Part shown: piece by piece, positions 24,935 to 36,470 of the stretch
How positions within the stretch are numbered: the stretch's first letter is position 1
How the letters are laid out: the number at the start of each line of letters is the position of its first letter
Assembly (NCBI GenBank): GCA_003614675.1
Contig: ML002263.1
Coordinates: forward strand, 1 to 54,299
Reading direction: 5' to 3'
Length of the DNA stretch: 54,299 bases
From: Dimargaris cristalligena
Lineage: Eukaryota
Made by a program: the position numbers and the translations under genes
The notes under the pieces: generated by a model
The model's database searches: none
What the model saw: the letters and a program-made list of their open reading frames with translations, nothing else
Told to the model about the DNA's origin: nothing

Positions 24935-27900
24935 ATGATTTCGCACCTGAAGAACCTACTACGCAATCATAAACCAGCTGGTGTCCATCCTTCCCCCCCT
25001 TCTTCGCAATACCAGTCCACCGACAACAAACACCCCTCCTCGGCACACACCGCTGCCCAAACCCCCTCTCTACCCTCACCCGTCTCGGACAGTAGTCCGT
25101 CCACACCGACGCAGTTAACCCCTCATTCCGACAACATGACTCAGTTGTCGTCGGGTCAAGTTAACCATCCCGCCCAGCCGATGGGCGGGGTCAAATCCCA
25201 GCCTCTATCGACCGCGGGCCAAACGAAGCCCTCCGCCAACGACCGGTTCCAACTCCTCGAGCGAATGGGTGATGGCGCCTTCAGCGTGGTCTACAAGGCC
25301 TATGACCGCCACCTTCAGCGACACGTGGCCATTAAAGTAGCCCGTAAATTTCAAATGAAATCCTCACAGGTAATGTATCATCCCTTCACATGTACTGTCT
25401 TTTATCTAATAGGGGCACCTTCTATGCCCCCACCTCCGCGAGTTTACCATTTTCCCCTTTCCAACCACCGCCGGATACTTGGTATTCCACCTATTTCCAC
25501 CAATCTGATCAGAATCAGGGCGGGGAGCTTCCGAGTTAGTTGGGCTGTGCTAAAATGGGCGAGTGACATTTTCCATATTTTGGGTTTCCGTTCTTTGGTT
25601 CCTTCTTCCAAATCATGTGTGTTGATATTGGGACAGAGTTGGCAAACAAGGAGGGGGGAGAGAACTAGCCCGGAAGCTATGTCACTAGCATTCATTATCG
25701 GGTGCCCCCTTTTCTAGAGCCCCCGTCAAATTTAGCTGGTGCTCTTGGAGTGTATATGGGCAGAAAGGGGCATAATTGGTTGGCAGGTGAATGAATAATT
25801 CACCCTGATGATGAAACCCCAGTGCCACTACTCCATTAGCAGCACTCTCTCCTTACTTTTGACTACACTTTTGCTAAGTCAGCATAAGAGGGTCCGGTGG
25901 ACACCGATTCGCTCGATACCTAGTGATTGGTTAGCACTTTCCACTGCTTTAAAAATTATCCCCCCCCCCCGCCCTGCTTCCCTTTTCACCCCTAACCAAT
26001 CATGATCTCTATGCTAACCCTGACCCCTTGTGATGTTGATCTACCCATGTGATCTATTGTTGCCTCCGAAATTTTCTTTGGCCATTCTGTCGTTTCGGTC
26101 GAATCGTCGTCAGCGGGCCAGCATTTACAAGGAAGTCTCCATTATGCGGACCCTCCGCCATTCTAATGTTGTATCCCTCCTGGATTTCCGCGAGAGCAAC
26201 GACTACTTTTACTTGATCATGGATCTCGTGCCCGGTGGTGAACTCTTCAACCGTATCGTGGAATTGACCTACTTTTCTGAGCCATTGGCCCGGCACGTCA
26301 TTCTCCAGGTGGCTGAAGCCATTCGCTACCTACATAACGAACGCGGCGTGGTGCACCGCGACATCAAGCCCGAGAATATTCTATTCGATCCCATCCCGTA
26401 TATACCCGACCCCACGTTCGTGTCGTCCGCCTCTAATCGGGGCAAGAAAGACGAAGGCGTCTTCATCGAAGGGCTGGGTGGGGGTGGTATCGGGCGGGTT
26501 CGCCTGGCCGACTTTGGTCTTAGCAAGGTAGTGTGGAATGAGCCCACGCTGACCCCATGTGGTACCGTAGGTTATACAGCCCCTGAAATTGTCAATGACC
26601 AAAAGTACAGCACGGGTGTGGATATGTGGGCCCTCGGCTGCGTACTGTACACGCTATTATGCGGTTTCCCACCCTTCTATGACGAGGATGTCCAGATTCT
26701 GACCCAGAAGGTGGCTTGCGGTTATTACACTTTCCTATCGCCCTGGTGGGACGACATTTCCGATTCCGCCAAGGACCTCATTTCCCACCTGCTCACAGTC
26801 AACCCTCACGACCGGTACAGTATAGACGAATTTCTGGCTCACCCCTGGTGCCGCATTCGTCTGAGTTCCGATATGGAAGGTGTTGAAACTTGCGTGGCTC
26901 CCCAGACCACGGTGTCTGAGTATCACCACGCGGTCAAGGACTCGATTCCTAAATCGATTCCCATGCATACTCCACAGTCCTCACTGTCCCCCGTAGTAGA
27001 CACTCATCCTACGCCGATTCCTGAGAAGATAGCGCCAGCACCCCAGGCCCCGTGTTCCCCACCTGCCGAAGTAAATGAAGTGGATACGGGTCGCACCGGT
27101 GCCCACTATGACCACTTGCGCATGTCCGTTCAACCTGGGACGACCGCCCAGCCGATCACCGCGACTAATACGACCACGGCTTCCATGGATAAGGCCAAGA
27201 TCATCAACGGACGCTTTATTCGCGAATCCCCCGTTCGTCGGGCTAAGAACAAGCGGGTCCAGGATCTCAAAATTGATTTGCAGTCATTGGGTCTGGATCA
27301 TCGCAATGTATCCCCCGGCATTGGCGTGCTCTTTACCCCCGGGGGCCGCCAGCGAGTGGTGGCTAAAACCCCCATCACGCCTGTTTTGACTTTGAAGGAG
27401 GCGTTCGATGTATCTTACGCCGTCCGCCGTGTGGAGCACGACGAGGTATCCCGGCGCCAGACGCCATTCACCCCGGTCGGCCGATCGACGCCCATGGCGG
27501 CCACCCCTGGCCCCATAGGCCGAGCCAACCCGGGTCTTAAGGCCCCTGCAGCTGCCCCCAATCATACCACTAATGGCAGCTACCCTTTCCAGGCCTCCGC
27601 CCCAGTGAACACGCCCCCGAGCACTACTGCTTCTGTTACCACCGCCCGCCAAACTGCCACCACTATCGCCGCTACCTCACAGGGGCTCCAGGTTGTCGCG
27701 CAAATGCCGGTTTCGAAGGCTTCGAACCCCGCTCCCGGCCCTCGGGCGAACCGAGGGGCTGCAAATCTAGCTGCCCCGGAGGTGGATGCTGTATTGGCCA
27801 GTTATGCTAACCCACTGTTTTCGCCCATTGCCGAGACTGAAGAGATGGACGACGATCGCCGCCTTATCCAAACTCTATTTCAGCGCAATGCTGATCGTCT

Positions 27901-28369
27901 AGTCTCCCATGCTGGCGTTCGGGGCCCCGTATCTGGCAGCACTAAAGGTTCGGCTCGTTCAACTAAGCAGTCCTCGGCTTCTACTAATGCTGAGCCTATT
28001 CTAATGGACAAGAGTTACGGATCGTCAGGATCTTGCTCCACTGATCACACCGCAGTGGAATCCCAGCTCTCCACCCCTCTACTGGAAAGCGGGAGCAATC
28101 GCATGTATGATGGACAATCCTATCCAGTGGCCCATGCTTCCAAAAATGTCACCTTGGATCTCTTTCGCTCACCGGATAATACTATCGATCTCGATCTGGA
28201 TGGCCTACCCGTTCACCAGGCCGGCCTTCATATGTCGCCCCAGTCGTCGTACCACTCGAACAGCTCAGAGCCTCCAGTATTTGATTTGGATATGAGCCAC
28301 TCAACTCTTCTCAGCAAGCGGCGAAACATGAACCGCAAGCCAATGGACAAGATTTCAATAGTCTCATAA
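24935..28369 (+). CDS. CaMK-group MAPK-activated kinase of the Srk1/Rck2 type, 2 exons: 24935-25369, 26114-28369 (896 aa)
   Basis: GDGAFSVVYKA and VAIK in exon 1; HRDIKPEN, the family-typical glycine insert GLGGGGIGRVRLADFGLSK, TPCGTVGYTAPE and LKEAFDVSYAV in exon 2. The CAG|GTAATG...CAG| junction is in frame. Confidence 0.9.
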
Positions 28370-28754
28370 GTCTGATCGTGTTCATGTACCTGTTCAAGCG
28401 GGCCAAAGGAATATGGTAGGGGGAAGACCAGGCCATACATGTGTAGATAGTTACGCAAATATTAGCTCGGTTATTATGCTGTTTTTGTTCAGCTTCGTCT
28501 TTCCTTTACTCTGATTTTGACCAACTGAATCGCGCCATATCCATTCGATATGTCTGGTCTTATTTTTATTACGATGCCTGCAGTCGGCCAATTGCAAGCT
28601 TGGCTATTTTGCCTGGATTTATTTTCTATGGTTCGATTGCCTCTGTATTGAATGGCATGGACTATGCTGAAATTTTACGACTACAATCACTTTTATTACC
28701 GTCTTTATTACTATTTTGAAGTTTTGTGATTATACATTGGTTATCGACTCCAAT

Positions 28755-28782
28755 ATTATTATTATTATTATTATTATTTATT
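28755..28782 (+). repeat. (ATT)n microsatellite
   Basis: ATTATTATT run downstream of the kinase gene. Confidence 0.85.
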
Positions 28783-29820
28783 TCGCGTATACTAAATTTG
28801 CATTTAACAACCATCGATATTATATATTATATTGTACTTTCAAATAAATTATTAATAATTTATACAGGCTGTCAAGGCCATCTTTCGAGATATTATGAAC
28901 CTGATACCAAAATTGATACCATATTTCAATAAGATTACAATTAGCAATGTAATACAGAAGTGTGTATTAGGGGTGACGTTGAACAATGCCTAAAGCCATT
29001 TAAACAGTTGCCATAGTGGTACGACCAGGGGAGGCACCACCATTTCATTACAAAGTAATAAAAAATTAGTCACCTAAGCGGCCGACTACAGTTCTACGTC
29101 TTCGAGTGTAATATTATTTATAGTATTTATCAGAGCTCGATCTAGTTGTTAATTCTTACTACCTGTCCAGCCCAGTCTATAGTAATTATTAGAGTTCATC
29201 TTGCGAATCTCAATCTGTTTAATTACAATAGCACCCGTATGTAGTATGCTTGAACCCACACCCTTCTTCCCAAGTAAAATAGTAATTGGTATGCACCAGT
29301 AGGCAGAAGCCCTTGACAAGCAAGAGGTCCGTATTAATCTCCATCAATAATCCACAAAACGATTGTATTTTTAGAGTCCCATTTCGATTATCTCCGGGCT
29401 TCCGAAATTTGTCATCAGGGAATTAAAATATATGGTTAACCTGTTGTACCTTTAACGAAAAGTATATCATTCGGTTACCACACAGGGCTAGCGGGGAATC
29501 CCCTTGGGCTTTAATACTGTGGAATATAAAATATACCGTGTTGCTCAGCCAAACTTCGGATACAAAGGCGAAGGAAGCGGAACAGGTATTATAAGTGCAA
29601 TATGGCCATGGCTCAGCTCATTTTAACCATACTAATACTATAATAGTCAATCTGGATTAGGAGAGGATCACAGTAATATGCAATGTGAGTGATCTAACCA
29701 GACGATCAGATATAAAAGAAGCATGGGGGAGTAAGAAAAATATTATAAAAAATATGGATGGAAATGGCCTTGAAAGTCCCCAAATGGAGTTGTTAACTTG
29801 ACCAGACAAATCAGTTTAGC

Positions 29821-31395
29821 TTAGAAAGCCTTGCAATAAACCAGTGAGGCACCGCGTGCCTCGTGTTCCTGCCTCGTGGCCCAAGATTTCTGGAAAGAAG
29901 ACAGAGAGGCCAGCATAGATCCATCGAGCCAAGCGGAGTTCTGGCGTTTGGGGGGGGAGCCACCACCTCAGCTGCCATTGAACTCGGGGCAAGCCTGTCT
30001 AGTTCCTGTTGCATGCGGTCAACTAGGCCGGTGATCATGGTGTTACCGCCGGCAAGCAGAACGTTGCCAAACATGCTCCTACGCAATCTCGAAGGTGTTT
30101 TCATGATGACATTATTAGTAAGGTCATGAATACCCACGCCATCCAACCCCAAAATATCGGGTTAGAACAAGGTTTCGTGGAGCTGGAGCCATTCGCTGGT
30201 CATGTCGATCTTCTGGCCATCAGGAAGTTCGTATGCCGTTTCGAGCCGGGCGGAAGAAGAAGCTGCGGTCTCCATCTCCCCCTCGAAGTCCAAAGCGACT
30301 TAACTGATCTTCTCCTTGAGGTCCCTGGCCATACCGGCGATAATTGGGTGGCCGAGGTTACGGAGGCAGTCGTTCAGGTAGTTGGCCATGGTCCGCCCAC
30401 CCCAATCCAGCCGGAAGGTGGCTTGGGTGAGGGCCGAACCTTCGTAGATGGGCATAGCGTGGGTGACACCATCACCGGATTCAAGCACAACACCAGTGGT
30501 GCGGCCGGAAGCATACAGGGACAGGACAGACTGAATAGCCACATAGCAGGCGGTGACATGGAAAGCCTCGAACATGATTTGGGACATCTTCGCGCGATTC
30601 TCCTGGGGATTGAGTGGGGTCTTGGTCAGCGTAACTGGTTGGGTGTCGGGGGAGGTATAGAGCCCACTGTTGAACATTTCCCGCCAGAACTGTTCCATGG
30701 CACCCCAATTGGTTATAATGCCGTGCTCGGTGGGGTATCCAAGACCCAGGTCTTCACTTCGGCTCTGGGCTTCGTAACCAATGTACGAGCTTGGTTTCCG
30801 AACAGCGGCTAACTCATATTCGTAGCTGGTATGGCCCACAATGGTGGGGATCACCTGTGAATGACGATGCCGGATATTCAGAGGGGATGGTGTTAGTAGG
30901 AAACCGGGCAGCGGATATTAGGTTAGTCAGGCAAAACCGTCCTTCAACTCATGTTGTAGAGCTAATTCAATCCCCTTTAGGAACTTTTGAAATGAGATAT
31001 CAGCCGTGGTCGGGGGAACAATTAAGACATTCCAACCGGAACCGTTATCAATAACAATCTGATGGAATGGTCGAATAAGGAATAAAAAATTATGGTATAG
31101 CTGAGTGACAGGGCTCCAGCGATAAATTACAAGTACATTCACATTAAAGTAGGCAGACTCGATCACACACCCCTTCAAAGCTAGCAATCTACACTTTCCT
31201 GACGATGGGTTATACCAGGTCAGGGTGGGGGACCATTGAAGGGCGTGTATTTCCCTTCAGACCAACATGGGCCCTCGAATGCGTACTGCAGACCGCCATG
31301 GGCCGCGCGGGATAGCCGTGAAAGCTAGGGCCTATATACAGGAGAGGTTCAGGGAAATAAAAGGTAGTACTTACGGCGGTACCGTTATTATCCAT
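29821..31395 (-). pseudogene. Actin-like pseudogene, paralog of 32859-34513
   Basis: Exon 1 is MDNNGTA|GTAAGT (31395-31375). Exon 2 from 31058 (IVIDNGSG...KDGFA) carries an ~84 nt insertion, a stop and no donor site. Exon 3 from 30854 has in-frame TAA at 30302-30300 and 30164-30162 and a frameshift in the G-run near 29950. After the shift the frame reads SAWLDGSMLASL...KAF*. Confidence 0.88.
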
Positions 31396-31498
31396 TATGA
31401 GATACTAAACGGGAAAGTGTCAACGAAACATGGGAACGTAATCAAGAGAATAGTGTGAGGTGATTTATAACTGACGAGCTGATAGATAATACATCACA

Positions 31499-32290
31499 AG
31501 GTAAACCCACTTACTTTTATAGGTAATCATTGGAAATGGTCGCTGCCATCCTCAGTTCTTTAATATCCCCACACTCCTATTTTCGAACTCCATGTTTTCC
31601 CCCCTCTTCAGATCTGAACTATCCAGTTGCCAGTGTACTGTTTAGTGAGACGTTAGTCCGAACTCAAGGCCTGCAGTTCAAGTATCCTTTTGCACACAAC
31701 TTTAAATTCTTATATTATGACAATCGATGGGGAGATAAGGCTATTATGGTTCCCGCTACCGTCCTAACCCCCCACACCACCACTTGCCGAGCGGGAATAC
31801 ATTTGGAGTATGAGAGTAAATAAATCAATGACGGATGCCCCTCCCCACTCGCGACGATGCATGGCTAGGGCCACGTCCCTTATCATGGGGTGGCGGCTAT
31901 TGCCAACATTGTGTGCGGTTTATTTCGTCCATTAAACCAAACCACATGGTTATCGCTCAATACTAAATAGAAACTCGACTTCTACTGAGTATTGGACGCG
32001 TGTATATGGGGTGATCTAGAACTCCGCTGGTAGGACATTGTCGTGCACTTAAGTGCATCCGCAAGCCGTTCTGTCCTGTCGTAAATAGGGTATGTAGTAA
32101 AAAAATTCGAATTCTCAACCTGATAAGAAAAACAACCGGGACTAACGATTTCCCTGGCCATTAAACCAGTTATAGCCATTGCCAGTCCCCTACACCATCC
32201 ATACCCACTGGTATATATATACAGGTTTTAACGAGACAGAGCGACTGGCAGTGCAGCAAGCTTCCCTCACTAACACGACCTTAGTTTGTC
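31499..32290. repeat. Duplicated 5' flank of the actin pseudogene, homologous to ~34621-35850
   Basis: Colinear shared blocks: AGGTAAACC.ACTT.CT.TTATAG, CCCACACTCCTAT, AATAAATCAATGAC...CCTCCCCACT.GCGACGATGCATGGCT.GGG.CAC.TCCCTTATCATGGGG, GTGCATCCGC.AGCCG, ATTAAACCAG and ACGAGACAGAG.GACT. Confidence 0.85.
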
Positions 32291-32858
32291 CGCCCTGCCA
32301 TTACACTTGTATAGTGGAACTAGGTTATGCTGGTCCACTGATCCCGCTACCGCCCGGCGAGGCCGACCACATACCACTACAGAACAATTAGATCATTCCG
32401 CTAATGAAATCACCCACCTCACCCTTCTCTTACATTCACATCTTCCAGGAAAGTGGCGAGCCATGGTCACCCTAGCCAAAAGGCAAATGGTCAAGTAGTA
32501 TATAATAGATAGACCTAGTCAGAATCTTACTCTCTAAGGTCCGATTATAATAGTTCATAAGTAACTCTTATAATAGCCTTCACTTTAGAATTACATCCCA
32601 CCCTAATTGGTATTCAAGTATTGTTTTCTTCTCCCTACCCGGAAACCTGGTTATCTCATAGGTCATATTTGACTTGGTCGTCACGATCAGCAAAGGTGGC
32701 GAACTAGTGTACTGAAACCCCACAAATAGTCAGCACTACATCCAAGATATTTATTGAAGCGCCTGAAAATCTCCGGCATATTATAGCCATTAAGTGCCCT
32801 ATGGACTCACCCTCCCCTCTGTGGTTTCGATACAGCCAGGACAAGGAAGCCAGCTAGT

Positions 32859-34513
32859 TTAGAAACACTTGCGGTGTATAATGGCGGGACCGCTTTCCTC
32901 GTATTCCTGATGCGAAATCCACAAATTCTGGAAGGCGGGTAGAGACGCCATAATAGACCCACCGATCCAGGCGGAGTATTTGCGTTCGGGGGGCGCCACC
33001 ACCTTGACCTTTGTATCCGAGTTCAGCGTCTCCAGTTCCCACTGCAAACGATCAGCTAGACCGGTGAACATGGTGTTACCACCGGAAAGCAGAATGTTAC
33101 GAAACATATCACCATGTATATCCAAATCTGTCCTATGGATGGCGTTGTGGGTATACTCGTGAATACCCACTGAATCTATACCCAGGAGAGCAGGCCAGAA
33201 CAGGGCTTCGGGGACCTGGAACCGCTCGTTGCCCACGGTGATGATCCTACCGTCGGGAAGTTCGTACGACTGATCCGGGTGGGCCGTGTCTATTTCCTGG
33301 TTAAAGTCAAAGGCGACGTAGCCGAGTTTCTCCTTGATATCCTGGATGATCTCGCGCGGGACCCCGGTTAACATGTGGCCGCGTTCAATGAGGAGGCTGC
33401 TCATATACTCGGTCAGGTCCCGACCAGCCAGATCCAGCTGGAGAATAGCATGGGGTAGAGCGAACCCTTCGTGGATGGGCACGAAGTGCGTGGCATCATT
33501 GCCGGTTTCGAGCACGAAACCCGAGGTACGGCCGGAGGCGTACAGGGCCAGAACAGACTGGATACCCGCATATAATGCGGGGAAATTGAAGGTCTCAAAA
33601 AGTATTTCAGTCATTTTTTCGCGATTCTCTTTGGGATTGAGCGGAGCCTCCGTCATTAGTATAGGGTGCTCCTCGGGGGCCACCTGGAGTTCATTGTAGA
33701 ACACGTGGTGCCATAATTTTTCCATGGAATCCCAGTCGGTTACAATGCCGTGTTCAATGGGGCATTGGAGAGACAGAGAATTCCGCTTAGCCTGGGCTTC
33801 TTCACCAACGTATACCTGTTTTCGGTTTCGGCCGGCCAGCGGAGAATCATGGCGGGGATGGCCCACCACAGTGGGCATAACCTGGGACGAAAAAGTAGTG
33901 GATAACCAAAGGGGTTGATAGGGATAAATGAAAATGAGATGAGATTGATCGACTAGTATCTTATTTACCATAATATTATAGATGTGGATTCATTATTATC
34001 TAAGAATAGTTTAAGAGAAACGATTCGGTATGGCTAGGAGAACAGCCTAATCGCATTTAATTTGCTTATTTGGTCGGGTGGGCCTCGACCTCGAGGGGTT
34101 TATAAGGTACTTACAGAGCGAGGAGCGTCATCGCCAGCAAAACCGGCTTTGCATGTACCGGAGCCAACATCAATAACAACCTGGTGAGGTAGACATATAA
34201 GGAATACAAAATACGACATGGATGAACAACTGGGATAAAACAAAGAGACATATTTATATTGAAGTGAAGGGGATTGGCCAACCCCACTTGCCATCGAACT
34301 ACTCGTTTCCAATGACAGGGGGCGATACCAGGTCGGTGGGGGTGACCGTCAAAGGGAGTAGTTGTACTTTGCCCTCCAAAGAAAAAAATCCTTGAGTGCG
34401 CGCGATGGTCGGCTATGGGCGGAACAGGGTAACTGGGCGGGTTAGGTGTGTCGATACTAATCGAGCGAAGGGAAATATGAAGCGAGACTTACGGCGGCAA
34501 CTTCTTCTTCCAT
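32859..34513 (-). CDS. Divergent actin / actin-like protein, 3 exons: 34513-34493, 34180-34115, 33881-32859 (369 aa)
   Basis: [40 protein letters not shown]...PIEHG...[15 protein letters not shown]...YELPDG...[14 protein letters not shown]...IIHRKCF. Canonical GT-AG sites, all phase 0. Confidence 0.9.
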
Positions 34514-34620
34514 GAGGAGGTGGTAAATGGGAGAGTGGGGTCAAAATAGAAAATCACTTAGATATTAAAGTAATGAGCGGCAATTTACGGTTGGCGAACT
34601 GATGGCAATACAGGATCGAG

Positions 34621-35850
34621 AGGTAAACCTACTTCCTCTTATAGTCAGGTGTTTAAAATGGGCGCTGGCACCCTCTGTCCTTCAATATACCCACACTCCT
34701 ATGTGTTGTTCTTAACGTCACCTAGTTACCAGTCTGACCCGCCCAGTCACCAATGTACTGTTTATCGAGGCGTTAGTTCAAACACAGTACCCACAGATCA
34801 AGAACACTTCTACTCGACTCCAGGATTTTTATAAATTGGATTTCTCAATGGAAAGATACGGCTAACTGTTCCCGTTACTCACCCCACCCTCACCATTACC
34901 TACGGAGTGGGAATACATATGAGGTATGTGAATAAATAAATCAATGACTAGTATCCCTCCCCACTTGCGACGATGCATGGCTGGGGTCACATCCCTTATC
35001 ATGGGGGACCGACTAGTGCCAGCATTATGGGCGGTTTATTCCATCCACCAAATCAAATTGCATGGGCATCGCATTAAACAGAATAGTAACATTATTTCCA
35101 CAGGATATCGGACGTTTATATATATATATATGATGGTTCCACTACCCCGCTGTTCGGACATGGTCGTACACTAAGGTGCATCCGCTAGCCGCGCCATTTC
35201 GCCGTGGGTGAGGTTGAAAGTTAAGAGAAGCTTAAAAATAGCGAAGGTGGGATTGATTTGATTCGGATTTTGATGCCAACCACACCCATTGCCAGATGGG
35301 TTTGCCTTGACTCTTGATTTATGTCCGGGTGTGGGCCTTTATAATACAGGTTATGTGGTAAAACGAACAGGTGAACATAGTGCATTGTTGTTTGATCATT
35401 CCGGCAGCATGAATACGCTCTAGCTAAATATCCGTCCACGCCATACACCCCCCCACACATTCCCGCTTTCTCAAATGAACTGGTTTGTAGGATGAGAGTT
35501 ATGCGAAGCTGACCATACTGGCAGATTTATTGTTCATTACTTCGGCCTGGTGAATACTATCATTCAACCCGACGAAGAATACGACTGGAACTAACCATTT
35601 CCCCGGCTATTAAACCAGGTATTCTCAATGCTAAGCCCTTACATCATCCATACGAGTGAAGTTCGGCTCAACTGTCTAAGGTTTAAACTGGTATGTGTAT
35701 GGGAAAATCAGCGGGACGATTATTTTCAACTAGTAGTATTTGCCTCATCAAATGGATTTTTTGTTATACAGCCTGGTTGAACTACTCCCATATTCAAGTT
35801 TGGACGAGACAGAGTGACTCACAGGGCAGCAAGCCCCACCTTCTCACTAC
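34621..35850. repeat. Duplicated 5' flank of the intact actin-like gene, homologous to ~31499-32290, with extra insertions
   Basis: Same colinear blocks as 31499-32290. Extra sequence at ~35190-35580 plus the MITE at 35650-35793. Confidence 0.8.
35650..35793 (-). mobile_element. MITE-like element, copy 3 (more diverged)
   Basis: ATACGAGTGAAGTTCGGCTCAACTG...AACTAGTAGTATT...TTATACAGCCTGGTTGAACTACTCCCATAT. Confidence 0.7.
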
Positions 35851-36186
35851 TCATCCAGGTCTCATTTCATTCACCTCCGAAGGTGGGGCTGCACTATACA
35901 GGTCCACAGCCCATTAAGGATTGTGGATTGTTCAGATGAACCTCCTTCCCCAAATACGCCGCAACCCATTTTAGCATTGTTGTTTCGGTACCTGGAAATC
36001 TTCCGAATATTAGAATCATGTAAAGTTCTAAAGAATCCCCCTGGGGTGGCGTAAATTGAGTCTCAACTGTAATATTGCTTGAGGGTAAGAGAAATGATTA
36101 GTAGTACGACCCCGCCGCGGTATGTTAGTTCAATCCCACATCGGAGTTAACCCCAATTACGAAAAACCCCGCATGGTTGGATATTG

Positions 36187-36335
36187 ATCTTGGAGAAGTT
36201 TATCTGGGCTGTATAACGAAAAATCCATTAGATTCGGCCAATATTACTAGTTAAAAATCCATTTCCCATATATTTTCCCATCCCATACACATATAATGTA
36301 AACCCTTATATAGCTGGGCCGAATTTCACCCATCT
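36187..36335 (+). mobile_element. MITE-like element, copy 4
   Basis: TGGAGAAGTTTATCTGGGCTGTATAACGAAAAATCC...TTATATAGCTGGGCCGAATTTCACCCATCT. Near-identical to the reverse complement of copy 5. Confidence 0.75.
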
Positions 36336-36470
36336 GTACGACTCAAGCCCACCCACTACCGCGTGACTATGTATACATCATGATATAACTGGCAGCTAAG
36401 ACTATGCAAACTTTTTTTTATTGTTTAAAAGGCATCGAAATTATAAGAGAATAGTGTTTAGATGGGTAGT

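Noticed and set aside
25800..26025. Possible C/D snoRNA in the long kinase intron (ATGATGA ... CTGA)
   Set aside because: The boxes are too far apart, and I found no terminal stem or recognisable rRNA guide.
29230..29325. tRNA-like fragment on the minus strand (GGTGTGGGTTCAAG)
   Set aside because: Only a T-loop/B-box-like piece. No acceptor stem or cloverleaf could be built.
30162..30302. In-frame TAA codons in the actin copy as possible stop-codon reassignment or read-through
   Set aside because: TAA terminates many intact genes in this window, and the same copy also has a frameshift and a broken exon.
31216..31236. Alternative exon 1 (MVPHPDL) for the actin pseudogene
   Set aside because: 31395-31375 (MDNNGTA|GTAAGT) has the better donor and the position matching exon 1 of the paralog.
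36040..36146. A-box/B-box-like motifs (TGGCGTAAATTG ... GTTCAATCCC)
   Set aside because: No pairing stems, so it cannot be supported as a tRNA or SINE without a covariance search.
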